A DNA stretch of 64,000 nucleotides, taken from NCBI GenBank assembly GCA_028286615.1, contig JAQBRG010000002.1, forward strand, positions 31,235 to 95,234, read 5' to 3'. Origin of the DNA: Parcubacteria group bacterium. GTDB lineage: Bacteria; Patescibacteriota; Minisyncoccia; Phycocordibacterales; Phycocordibacteraceae. Below, in pieces: positions 39,613 through 48,755 of this stretch. The position numbers and the translations under genes were made by a program. The notes beneath the pieces were generated by a model that had not been told where the DNA came from, searched no databases, and worked only from the letters and a program-made list of their open reading frames with translations. Position 1 is the stretch's first letter; every line of letters begins with the position of its first letter.

Positions 39613-40566
39613 ATGGAAGTATCGACTGAATCAGCGGCAATTAAGGTTGTTGACCTAAAAAAGGCATACAAAGGCAAGGGTAAAGGGGACCCGTCAGTAG
39701 ACGCTCTCAAGGGGATTAATCTCACGATTGAAAAGGGAGAATTCTTCGCACTCCTAGGCCCTAACGGTGCTGGCAAGACCACACTCATCAGCATTCTCTC
39801 AAGTCTTATCGTTAAAACTTCAGGAGAGGCGTACATCAGCGGCCTGTCTCTAGACAAGAATGCGGACGAAGCAAAGGCACACATCGGTCTCGTGCCCCAG
39901 GAATTTAACTTCAATATCTTCGAGACCCCGCTCGATATTGTAGTTTCGCAGGCTGGGTACTACGGTATTCCTCGCAAGATAGCTATTGAACGAGCAGAAC
40001 CAGTTCTCACAGCACTTGGTCTATGGGACAAGCGCAACACGCAGTCCATGAAGCTCTCTGGAGGTATGAAGCGCCGTCTACTTATTGCTCGTGCACTAGT
40101 CCATCAGCCTAAAGTGCTTCTGCTCGACGAACCAACGGCTGGAGTTGATGTAGAGCTTCGTCGCGGCATGTGGGAATTCCTTAGGAAGCTAAACGAAGAA
40201 GGGACTACTATCGTTCTCACCACGCACTACCTTGAAGAAGCTGAGCAGCTTTGCCGCCGTGTAGCAATCATCAACAAGGGAGAGATTATAAAAGAGGGAA
40301 GCGTGAAGGAATTGCTCAAGCAATTGAACTTTGTAACGCTTGTACTTGATACGCAAGAAGCAATAATCCCAGCTCAGGTAGCACTGGTACGAGATATGCC
40401 CGTTAAGGTGGTGGATGATACAACGCTCGAACTGACCCTTAAGCCAGGCGAGACGGTGAACGATTACATTCGCCAGATGTCTAAGATCGGCGTTCATATC
40501 CTTAATATTCGCAACAACGGAAGTCGCCTTGAAGAGATATTCGTGAACCTTATCGAGAAGAATTAG
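39613..40566 (+). CDS. ABC transporter ATP-binding protein (YadG-like)
   Basis: GPNGAGKT, LSGGMKRR, LLDEPTAGVD. Confidence 0.93.
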   Translation: MEVSTESAAIKVVDLKKAYKGKGKGDPSVDALKGINLTIEKGEFFALLGPNGAGKTTLISILSSLIVKTSGEAYISGLSLDKNADEAKAHIGLVPQEFNFNIFETPLDIVVSQAGYYGIPRKIAIERAEPVLTALGLWDKRNTQSMKLSGGMKRRLLIARALVHQPKVLLLDEPTAGVDVELRRGMWEFLRKLNEEGTTIVLTTHYLEEAEQLCRRVAIINKGEIIKEGSVKELLKQLNFVTLVLDTQEAIIPAQVALVRDMPVKVVDDTTLELTLKPGETVNDYIRQMSKIGVHILNIRNNGSRLEEIFVNLIEKN

Positions 40567-40567
40567 T

Positions 40568-41341
40568 ATGAAAAACTCTCCCGCACTCATCGGATTCAAT
40601 ACCATGGCTCGCAAAGAGCTGGTGCGTATTTTCCGCATCTGGTCTCAGACGCTGCTCCCACCCGTTGTTACCACAACCCTCTACTTCGTTATCTTCGGTG
40701 CATTCATCGGCTCACAAGTCGCACCCATCGCAGGATATTCATATATGCAGTTCATCATGCCCGGACTCATTATGATGACGATTATTACGAGTGCGTACAT
40801 GAACACGGTCTCTACCTTCTACTTCACGAAGTGGCAGAACACCATTGATGAGCTTCTTGTCTCACCTATGCCTCGCTGGTCTATTATTGCTGGCTATATT
40901 TTCGGAGGCGTGGCTCGCGCGATGATCGTGGGTGTGTTGGTGCTCATTGTTTCGCTCTTCTTCACACACCTACATGTGGCGAACCCGTTCATTATCTTCG
41001 CTGCAGCCTTTATGACAGCTCTCCTGTTCTCTCTAGCGGGTCTGGTGAACGGTATCTTCGCGAAGACCTTTGATGCGATTTCCATCGTGCCAACCTTTGT
41101 ACTTACACCGCTTACATACCTAGGGGGAGTCTTCTACTCAGTCTCGATGCTTCCTCCTATATTCCAGACCATCTCGTTCTTTAACCCTATTCTTTATATG
41201 GTTAATGCATTTAGATATGGATTCCTAGGTATATCAGATGTAAGTGTAGGACTATCGTTTGCGATTATGGGAGGAATATCAGTGGTACTTCTTGTACTAT
41301 CGCTCTGGCTCTTTAAGAGAGGTGTTGGCTTAAAGAATTAA
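40568..41341 (+). CDS. ABC-2 permease (YadH-like)
   Basis: RIWSQTLLPP, TPLTYLGGVFYS, NPILYMVNAFRYG. Confidence 0.92.
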   Translation: MKNSPALIGFNTMARKELVRIFRIWSQTLLPPVVTTTLYFVIFGAFIGSQVAPIAGYSYMQFIMPGLIMMTIITSAYMNTVSTFYFTKWQNTIDELLVSPMPRWSIIAGYIFGGVARAMIVGVLVLIVSLFFTHLHVANPFIIFAAAFMTALLFSLAGLVNGIFAKTFDAISIVPTFVLTPLTYLGGVFYSVSMLPPIFQTISFFNPILYMVNAFRYGFLGISDVSVGLSFAIMGGISVVLLVLSLWLFKRGVGLKN

Positions 41342-41349
41342 GTGAAAAC

Positions 41350-41378
41350 TTCACAGGGAATCTACGAAGTGATATATT
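41350..41378 (+). promoter_or_regulatory. Sigma70 promoter pointing into the non-coding region
   Basis: TTCACA(41350-55)-17 nt-TATATT(41373-78), extended -10 TG at 41370-71. Confidence 0.6.
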
Positions 41379-41383
41379 TTTAG

Positions 41384-41572
41384 TGCCGGCGTTGCCGGAA
41401 TGAGAAGGGGGTTAGGTGCCCAATACGGGTGTCCGGGCCCCTTTCGCCCTATCTAGCAAGGTTGGTTTGAAAACCAATAATGTTAAGATAATTTTACGCA
41501 TATCTACTTGGGTATGTGATAGATGGAAAGGAGTCTGTGCCCATTATGGGTGTCAGGGTCCTTTTCTTTTTT
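41384..41572 (+). ncRNA. Candidate DUF3800-associated structured RNA with two 42-nt hairpin repeats
   Basis: Repeats 41404-41445 and 41525-41566 (30/42 identical) with three compensatory pairs; G-U pairs favour the + strand; upstream promoter; U-tract 41562-41572. Confidence 0.7.
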
Positions 41573-42272
41573 GCACATTGTCAGGATTATCTAACTTATA
41601 AATAGAGACGTATTCTAGACTACAGTCGTGTGTCGTATCTACCAGTACATCTTTTGCCAACTTTCCTAAATAGTCAGCAAACTGAACAAAATCGGAATAA
41701 TCAGAATCTACCTGGGTAATATGTGAAAGTGACGGCAGATAGGATTTTTTTCTAAGATAATCTTTCAAGTTTTGCTCGTCCCTTTCATTTAACAGAAATC
41801 TGTCGAAGACAACTTCTATTTCTAGCCCTTTAGAAAATAATCCAGCATTATTCCTAGGCAAAATATCTTTCAAGAAGGTCTCCAGAGACCTTCTAATAAG
41901 AAAATTACTAAACCTCTTCGGGTTATGGCTAAACTTTTCATTACCCACTTCTAAATATGGGCCAGTATAGTTCTTCTTTGTTATGTGAAATATTCCTAAT
42001 TCGATACCTGGATTCTCGCTACATATTTCAAATAACTCACATAATTTCTTTTTGAATTTTGGAGTGATATATCGTTTTAGTTCTTTCCCCGCATCCTGAA
42101 AATAGCGGAAGCGAGAAAGGTGCTGCGAGATAACCTTTAGACTGCTGCGCGTAACAGCAACTATGTTCAATTGGTAGAAAGTACTGCTGTCGGGAGATTC
42201 CAAAGAACCCGGGTCTCCGCTTTCGTCTATGAAAAGGAATATTCGTTCTGGATTCTCTGGGTCTATATACAC
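41553..42272 (-). CDS. DUF3800 (RNase H-like fold) protein
   Basis: FLFIDESG, VVFDR, VQFADY; AT-rich; GTG start 6 nt after TATACT. Confidence 0.8.
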   Translation of the reverse strand: MYIDPENPERIFLFIDESGDPGSLESPDSSTFYQLNIVAVTRSSLKVISQHLSRFRYFQDAGKELKRYITPKFKKKLCELFEICSENPGIELGIFHITKKNYTGPYLEVGNEKFSHNPKRFSNFLIRRSLETFLKDILPRNNAGLFSKGLEIEVVFDRFLLNERDEQNLKDYLRKKSYLPSLSHITQVDSDYSDFVQFADYLGKLAKDVLVDTTHDCSLEYVSIYKLDNPDNVQKRKGP

Positions 42273-42313
42273 GCGAGAAGTATACAGAAGAGAGATATGA
42301 GAAAAATGAAACG

Positions 42314-42356
42314 CGGCCGAGGCGTATATCTTCTTTGAAGATATACGCCTCGGCCG
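42314..42356 (-). terminator. Perfect 20-bp inverted repeat, probable terminator
   Basis: cggccgaggcgtatatcttc-ttt-gaagatatacgcctcggccg; T-rich tail on the - strand. Confidence 0.65.
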
Positions 42357-42551
42357 ACTATCCGTGTCTCCGTATCATAGGCGCAGTGTGTTAGCGCTTG
42401 TAACGGTTAATGTCTCCATCGAGGTAGCATGCACCAAGACGGAATTGAAAGAGCAGATGAGGCGCAGTTAGTCAGAAGTGCGCATGATGCGCGAGCCGCG
42501 GCGATGCCTCGTGCAAGTAGTATGCACAAGTGTATATGAGTAAAAGATGAA

Positions 42552-43673
42552 CTAGGTAAAGTCTACAGAAACTTCGTTCATGCTGTCCGGACCTTCTTGC
42601 TCGTCAACACTCGGAGTCTCAGTTTTTACCCCAGGAAGCATTACTTTAATAGCTGTACCACGACCTAAAGCACTACGGATGTTAACAGTGCCGTGGTGCA
42701 TGCGTATGATCTCATTCACGATAGCGAGGCCAAGGCCCGAACTTCCAGTACCAATATTGCGTGCACGAGACGTATCGCCTCTATAGAACGGTTCAAATAT
42801 GTGAAAAAGATCCTTCTGGGCTATACCAATACCTGTGTCTGAGACAGTTACTGAAACGGCGCCGTCATCATTCCCGGATACGATAATCTCAACCTTTCCA
42901 TTGCTATCTGCCGGAGTGTAGTTAAGAGCATTCTTGGTTAGGTTAGTTACAACCTGCTCAAGTGCCGTTATGTTCCCGACAATAGGTTTGTGCGGCTCTA
43001 TAGTCGTTACGAGCTCAATGCCGCGGGAGTTTGCCATAGCTTGGTGACGCGCTGCAATAGTGGTGGCAACTGCCCCCATATCAACCGGCTCCATCTTTAA
43101 GTTCCGAGGTCTTGTGAGTGTGTCGAAGGTAAGGATGTTGTTAATAATCTCGGAGATACGATCGAGCTCCTCGATGGTGTCTTCGAAGGTTTGTTTTATA
43201 TATAGAGGCAAAGTCTGGTCGAACAGGGCAACTTCCGTATTGGTCTTGATAATCGCAAGCGGCGTACGTATTTCATGCGCAACGTTTCCGATGAATTGTT
43301 TCTGGGCACCGAGCGAGTTACGGGTTGGCCACAACGCAAAGCGGCCAAGCACGAAACCAAACGCTGTAATCACAAGCGCGATCAAGACAAAGAAATACCA
43401 GAAGGAACTGAAACCTACCCGTTCAATAGCATCAGGAAGCGATTCAACTGTTGTTCCTGTCAGTGCCCGTTCCTGAGCACGTTCTCCCAAGACAGTTATG
43501 GTCTTGTCTTGGGCGTACTGAATGCTCCACCCAAAGACAACCAGCATGGCTATGGCCAGCAGGAATGTAAGAACCGCGATATGTGTAGCGGCCCGAAAGA
43601 ATAGATTAGCCTTGTACCTATGAATTAAGGCGGTAGCCCACGCCACGTACTGTCTCAAATAGGGGATTGTCAT
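42552..43673 (-). CDS. Sensor histidine kinase
   Basis: AHEIRTPL, NLTKNAL, DTGIG, FEPFYR, GLGLAI; two TM helices; start uncertain. Confidence 0.93.
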   Translation of the reverse strand: MTIPYLRQYVAWATALIHRYKANLFFRAATHIAVLTFLLAIAMLVVFGWSIQYAQDKTITVLGERAQERALTGTTVESLPDAIERVGFSSFWYFFVLIALVITAFGFVLGRFALWPTRNSLGAQKQFIGNVAHEIRTPLAIIKTNTEVALFDQTLPLYIKQTFEDTIEELDRISEIINNILTFDTLTRPRNLKMEPVDMGAVATTIAARHQAMANSRGIELVTTIEPHKPIVGNITALEQVVTNLTKNALNYTPADSNGKVEIIVSGNDDGAVSVTVSDTGIGIAQKDLFHIFEPFYRGDTSRARNIGTGSSGLGLAIVNEIIRMHHGTVNIRSALGRGTAIKVMLPGVKTETPSVDEQEGPDSMNEVSVDFT

Positions 43674-44292
43674 TGTAGGTATCGAGCTTCTTACGAAGGT
43701 TCTTCATATGTACATCAAGTACATTACTAAAGCCAGGGAAGTCGAAGCTCCACACATGATCCATAATACTCTCTCGAGACATGGCTTCGCCAGGGTGGCG
43801 GAGGAAGAATTCAAGAAGAGAATACTCCTTAAGGGTTAGCTGGAGCTCCTCTCCTGCTTTCGTAACAACTCGCCTAGAAGGGTCAAGGACGATATCGCGC
43901 ACCTCAAGCTTAGTTGAGATGGACTGCTCAGGACGACGAAGCACCGCGTTAATGCGTGCTACAAGCTCGTCAAAGGAGAATGGCTTCGCGAGGTAGTCGT
44001 CAGCGCCGCAGTTAAGAAGCTCAACTTTGTACTCCGTTTCGTCTCGAGCGGTAAGGATGATAATCGGAGTCTTAACTCCTTCAGCACGGGCATCTCGCGT
44101 GATGGTGGCCCCATCTACGCCAGGGAGCATAAGATCTAGGAGAATAAGATCGTACTCGTCGCGATAGAGGAGAATGCGCGTTCGAGCCTTGTCGCTCTCT
44201 GCTATCCAGTCCACCGCGAAGCCCTTGGATTCAAGTCCTCGCTTTAAGCCTTCAGCAAGCTTGACCTCATCTTCAACAATTAGGATACGCAT
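43618..44292 (-). CDS. OmpR/PhoB-family response regulator
   Basis: ILIVEDE, LLDLMLP, GADDYLAKPF, TVRGVGY. Confidence 0.96.
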   Translation of the reverse strand: MRILIVEDEVKLAEGLKRGLESKGFAVDWIAESDKARTRILLYRDEYDLILLDLMLPGVDGATITRDARAEGVKTPIIILTARDETEYKVELLNCGADDYLAKPFSFDELVARINAVLRRPEQSISTKLEVRDIVLDPSRRVVTKAGEELQLTLKEYSLLEFFLRHPGEAMSRESIMDHVWSFDFPGFSNVLDVHMKNLRKKLDTYNDNPLFETVRGVGYRLNS

Positions 44293-44390
44293 AAATAAAG
44301 GTAGTTAGATGTAACAGTCTATACTAAAGCCTATCCTGGATGAAGCCTTCATGAAGGATATGTAACGAATCTATAAGGTAAAATACACCC

Positions 44391-44924
44391 ATGAACCCTA
44401 GTGACAATACGACAACTGGTTTCCATCTTTTCCTGATGCCTTCAGGGGAACTTAAAGAGACTCTTTCCGGAGTTATTAAGACGTTGGCAGAGAGATACCA
44501 GGGAGTGCTTTTTGAGCCACACGTAACGCTGATGAAAATACCCGAAGGGAACGAAGAGCAGGTGATATCTCTTGCACAGAGTTTTGCACAAAACAGCACG
44601 CCTATAACACTTTCTCTAGAAGACATGGGTATGGAAGAGACATTCTTCCGTGCTCTATACTTGAAAGTTAATCCGAACGAAGCCCTCGAAGCATTGCATG
44701 CTAGAGCAGCGAATGTATTCGGACTTAACGACGCTGGTGCCTTTACTCCGCACCTAAGTCTCTTCTATGGAAACGTACCAGAAGATCTTAAAAGGGAAAT
44801 GGTGTCCTCACTAACCCTTCCATTACCTCTCACCTTTATTGCAGAATCTTTACACGTATACAAAACAGGAGGCACTACAGAACAATGGGAACAGATTGCG
44901 GAATATCCGTTCCCTAAGTCTTAG
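44391..44924 (+). CDS. 2H phosphoesterase (cyclic phosphodiesterase-like)
   Basis: Two HxT/S motifs, PHVTL and PHLSL. Confidence 0.85.
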   Translation: MNPSDNTTTGFHLFLMPSGELKETLSGVIKTLAERYQGVLFEPHVTLMKIPEGNEEQVISLAQSFAQNSTPITLSLEDMGMEETFFRALYLKVNPNEALEALHARAANVFGLNDAGAFTPHLSLFYGNVPEDLKREMVSSLTLPLPLTFIAESLHVYKTGGTTEQWEQIAEYPFPKS

Positions 44925-45670
44925 TCCTGAGAGATTAGGTTTTTAACAAACTCCTCAGTATCTTCGGGCCCTGCTACGGCATGAGTTGGAATACCCGTTT
45001 CTTTTACAACCTCATCGTTTCCGTTAGGACCGAGCTCGTCTCCTATATAAAGCATTTCTGAAATTGGTACGTTGAGATGCTCGCTCAGTTTGCGTACTCC
45101 AAACGCCTTGTTGATACCATGCTTTGTTATGTCTATGGTTGTGGCACCTCCGCGCTTAACGTCGAAGTCTGGAAGCTGTGCAGATATTATTTCCCGAAGA
45201 GCATTTCGTTTCTCCCCGCTTGGATCCCATGCTTCTTTTTCCTCAACTGGTGCTTGCTGTCCAAGGGCGGATAGTGCAACCTGTGCCCCGCGGTTCTCAA
45301 TACGAGGTCCATGAGAAGGAATGCTTTGGTCAATAATATACGTTTCTTTCAAGACCTTCTCTAGCACCTCTTCAATCTTCGCTTCTTCTTGAGCACTAAG
45401 CCTTTCTTCGTATACAAGTGTCCATGCGTCGCGGTATTCGTGCAGTGCGGCGCCCGATGTGGGCATGAGATACAGCTTGTGCAAATCGGTGTCTTTAGGC
45501 AGCTGGTCAACAACTTGTTTCAAAAACTGCTCTAGTTTTCCTCCAGATATAATCCCAACACTCGTATGCGAAAGAAGCTCCTTCAGACTGCTCGCCATTG
45601 ATGGCGTAATTTCAGACTTGCTTCGTGCAAGTGTTCTGTCTATGTCGAACATAACAACGCGAGGAATCAT
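44921..45670 (-). CDS. HAD-IIB hydrolase, eukaryote-type phosphomannomutase-like
   Basis: FDIDRTL, IISGG, IENRG, GGATTIDI, YIGD...GND. Confidence 0.82.
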   Translation of the reverse strand: MIPRVVMFDIDRTLARSKSEITPSMASSLKELLSHTSVGIISGGKLEQFLKQVVDQLPKDTDLHKLYLMPTSGAALHEYRDAWTLVYEERLSAQEEAKIEEVLEKVLKETYIIDQSIPSHGPRIENRGAQVALSALGQQAPVEEKEAWDPSGEKRNALREIISAQLPDFDVKRGGATTIDITKHGINKAFGVRKLSEHLNVPISEMLYIGDELGPNGNDEVVKETGIPTHAVAGPEDTEEFVKNLISQD

Positions 45671-47589
45671 AGATTGGGAAGTAGTTTCTTCATAAGCTTC
45701 TCCTTTGAAAGGGTGGCAACACCAAGAGAAGTATCCGCGCCTCCGTAATAGATATAGAGCGTATCGTCTCTAAGCACGATACCGCACGAAAAGACCACAT
45801 TCGGCACCATGCCCTCACGTTCCCAAGGGAGTACTGGCTCAAGTATTGGAGCAACGGTTCTTGCGATAACGGTAGTACCCGCCTCGTCCAGAAGTGCAGC
45901 ACCTAAGCGGTATTCGTGGTCTCCACCCACACCATGGTAAATAAAGAGCCAGCCTTCAGGAACTTTAATAGGTTGTGATGCAGCACCGACTTTAATGGCG
46001 TCCCACATTCCTGGTCGTGGGCCCATAAGCTCGATACAGCGGTTCGTCTCTCGGTTAGGGGGTAGTGTATCAAGTTCGTCGAGACAGATGTCTGGATCAA
46101 TGCGATGCATAAACAGGAACTTGCCAGCAACTGGCTCAGGGAATATCGCAATGTCTTTGTTGTTCATGCCCGCTGGAGTAACAAGCAAAGGGGTACTCCA
46201 CGCATCAAAACGTTTTGCGACAAAGTCTTCTACTGAAATACTGCTGTACGCACCACGTGTCTCATGCTCTCCATCGTATGCGGTGTAGCAAAGATGCACT
46301 CGATTCTCAAACACAATTGCTCTCGGATCTTCGCAGCCAGAGTTGCCATCTGGCTTCCCGTGCTTCTTCTCAAAGTCTTCTCGAGGAGCGTATGCTGGAA
46401 CATCTGAACGTTCATCCACATGCAGGCCGTCTGCAAGACGCGCATAACCCATAACCGAAGTGTTCTCTGCACCCATGGCTCGATACAGAAGATGTACAGA
46501 ACCTTCTACATCAATTGCTGCTGCGTTACATACTGAACGGGTCTCCCAAGCATTTTGTGTAGGGGAAAGTATAGGATTGCCCTCGAAACGAGTTGCGAAA
46601 GCAGCGCGGCCCTCTGGGGTCATGGTCTCAAGAAGATCTGAGAGCGAGAGAGTAGCAAGGGCTGAAGAGGTATCTGCAGCTCCGTAGTAGACAGAAAGAA
46701 TATCGCCCTCAATAACCGCGCTAGTGGGGAAGACTATGTTGCTAACAAGCCCGTACCGCTCGTATGACTCCTCGGGCACCATGAAAGGATAGCTAGTGCA
46801 GCCAATAATCTTTTGAGGATCATTTGCGTCAAGAAGAAGTGCCTCAACGCCAAAGAGACGTTTGTGCTCGTCGTAGTAATTCTGAATGTGAGAATAAATA
46901 AGAAGCCAGCCTTGAGGAATGCGTACCGGGGTTGCAGCAATCTCCATGTGCTCTGTATCAGAACGACGCACATCAGGAAGCGCGTGCTCAGCGAGGTTCT
47001 CGTGCCATTCTTTCCAGAATTCTGGATTCCAGAAGTCCTCAACCTGCTTTGCGCGAGCGATACCAATAGTTGGATGAGAATTAGCTTCAGTCCAATCGGT
47101 ATGCGCAGTTAACAACAGTACAACCTCTCCATTTATACGTTCAGGGAAAAGCGTGGCAGCTTTTGCATTAAAAGGCGTAACAAGATGCTTCTCAGTTAGA
47201 GTCGTGGGGCTGTCGCCAACAGCTACCGCAACTTTGATATTGTCGGGACCAAAAGGGTAACCTCCGAGGGCGGTGTAGAACACATACCATTTTCCTTCGA
47301 AGTACGTAGCTCGGGGATCTTCGCAACCATAGTGTTCCCATTCTTCAGTTGGAGATATAACCTGCTGGGACTCATCGAATACTGCCGTCTTGGTCGCTGC
47401 ATACCCAACAGTTGAAAAGGCTCGCCCTGGAGTCCGAATGGCATCTGGTTCCGCATGAGCTCTGTAGAACACGTGTCGCGTACCATCTTTGACAACAACT
47501 GAAGGATTGAATGCGCCAACAGCCTCAAATGCACGCCCACTGTTTGGAGCGATTATAGGATTCTCTGGTGAGCGTTTAACAACAAGCAT
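45667..47589 (-). CDS. Tandem-domain GH130-type glycoside phosphorylase/glycosidase
   Basis: Two beta-propeller halves, each with NP/NA, GCEDPR, VF(P/S), YYG(A/G)AD. Confidence 0.85.
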   Translation of the reverse strand: MLVVKRSPENPIIAPNSGRAFEAVGAFNPSVVVKDGTRHVFYRAHAEPDAIRTPGRAFSTVGYAATKTAVFDESQQVISPTEEWEHYGCEDPRATYFEGKWYVFYTALGGYPFGPDNIKVAVAVGDSPTTLTEKHLVTPFNAKAATLFPERINGEVVLLLTAHTDWTEANSHPTIGIARAKQVEDFWNPEFWKEWHENLAEHALPDVRRSDTEHMEIAATPVRIPQGWLLIYSHIQNYYDEHKRLFGVEALLLDANDPQKIIGCTSYPFMVPEESYERYGLVSNIVFPTSAVIEGDILSVYYGAADTSSALATLSLSDLLETMTPEGRAAFATRFEGNPILSPTQNAWETRSVCNAAAIDVEGSVHLLYRAMGAENTSVMGYARLADGLHVDERSDVPAYAPREDFEKKHGKPDGNSGCEDPRAIVFENRVHLCYTAYDGEHETRGAYSSISVEDFVAKRFDAWSTPLLVTPAGMNNKDIAIFPEPVAGKFLFMHRIDPDICLDELDTLPPNRETNRCIELMGPRPGMWDAIKVGAASQPIKVPEGWLFIYHGVGGDHEYRLGAALLDEAGTTVIARTVAPILEPVLPWEREGMVPNVVFSCGIVLRDDTLYIYYGGADTSLGVATLSKEKLMKKLLPNL

Positions 47590-47592
47590 GAA

Positions 47593-48753
47593 TTAGACAG
47601 TAGTGAGTAGTGGCGCTTGGTTGTGCAAGATGGAATCAATAAAGGAAGAAAGCTTAGCTCCTGCTGTACAGACTACCGAATCACCTCCGCCATAATACAC
47701 CTGAAGAGTGTCGTTCTGGATAGTAGCGCCGCAGGCATATACCACGCCTGGCTTACCCTCATTCTCGTAGTCTTCAACTGGCTCAAGTATGGGTCGAGGA
47801 GAACGAGCCAAGACCTTTGTTGGATCGTCTAGATCAAGAAGCATAGCCCCCATCTTATATTTGTGAGGCTGGCCCTTTTCCATGGCGTGATACAGAAGGA
47901 GCCACCCCCTATCAGTTCGCATGGGAGGGGGTCCTGCACCGCGCACTCGATCATGCCAGACTCCAGAGGACTCGTCTGCTGTGTCTGAACGAGCTCCTTC
48001 GTAACTTGATATGAAGGGCTTTGTCTTTCCAACATTATCCAACTCATCTACGTACTCAATTTCAACTTTCGGAAAGATGCTGTGTAGTATTGCGAATTTT
48101 CCATGTATCTTCTCTGGGAAAAGCATCCAGTTCTTATGTACTTGGTTAGGAGCAGAAAGGAATACTGGCTTAGTCCAGTTCCACTTTTTCTTCGCTAACT
48201 CATCTGCAAGAATTGAAGTAACCGCCATGCGCAAAGATTGCCAGTTATGAAAGGCAGAGAACGTGAGATATACACGGTCTTCAATCTGTACTGCACGCGG
48301 ATCTTCACACCCGCCCCAACTTCCTCCTGAAGCTACCAAGTTTGGGTAAGTCTTTTCGATATACGCGCGGTCCGTTGGGCGAAGAGCATCCTGGCCATCA
48401 AGAGAAAAGACCGGGTAGGGAAGTCGATCGTCTACAACTACTCCATCTTTTGATGTGGCATGACCTATGCGAGACACTCCATCTTTTCCAATTGCTCGAT
48501 AGAAAAGATGCGTAAGTCCATTTACGATAACTGCCCCAGGATTCATAACTCCCGCTGCCTCCCACTCGTGAGAAGTTGGAGAAAGGATAGGATTTCCTTT
48601 TGCGCGATTTAGTCGAAGGACTTCAAGAGCGACTCTGAATCCTTTCTCTACGCGCTCTATCCACAAGAACTGCCATATCCCGTACAGGAAGAGAATGGTG
48701 GTTACGCTTGCCGCGATTATCGCTGGAATAATAACTAGGAAGTCGCTATCCAT
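47593..48753 (-). CDS. GH130-type glycosidase/phosphorylase with N-terminal TM anchor
   Basis: MNPGA, GCEDPRA, HKNWMLFPEKI, VVYACGA, YYGGGD. Confidence 0.85.
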   Translation of the reverse strand: MDSDFLVIIPAIIAASVTTILFLYGIWQFLWIERVEKGFRVALEVLRLNRAKGNPILSPTSHEWEAAGVMNPGAVIVNGLTHLFYRAIGKDGVSRIGHATSKDGVVVDDRLPYPVFSLDGQDALRPTDRAYIEKTYPNLVASGGSWGGCEDPRAVQIEDRVYLTFSAFHNWQSLRMAVTSILADELAKKKWNWTKPVFLSAPNQVHKNWMLFPEKIHGKFAILHSIFPKVEIEYVDELDNVGKTKPFISSYEGARSDTADESSGVWHDRVRGAGPPPMRTDRGWLLLYHAMEKGQPHKYKMGAMLLDLDDPTKVLARSPRPILEPVEDYENEGKPGVVYACGATIQNDTLQVYYGGGDSVVCTAGAKLSSFIDSILHNQAPLLTTV

Positions 48754-48755
48754 AG

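Noticed and set aside
41404-41566. The two 42-nt repeats as a mini CRISPR array
   Set aside because: Only two units, a 79-nt structured spacer, divergence by compensatory changes and no cas genes; a structured ncRNA fits better
41416-41601. 61-aa + strand ORF across the repeat region
   Set aside because: No SD or recognisable protein features, runs through the U-tract and antisense into DUF3800; the covariation points to RNA-level selection
42273-42419. Upstream ATG in frame with DUF3800 through one TGA (read-through or recoding)
   Set aside because: TGA is a normal stop in this window, the frame crosses a terminator, and the GTG start has its own -10 at the typical spacing
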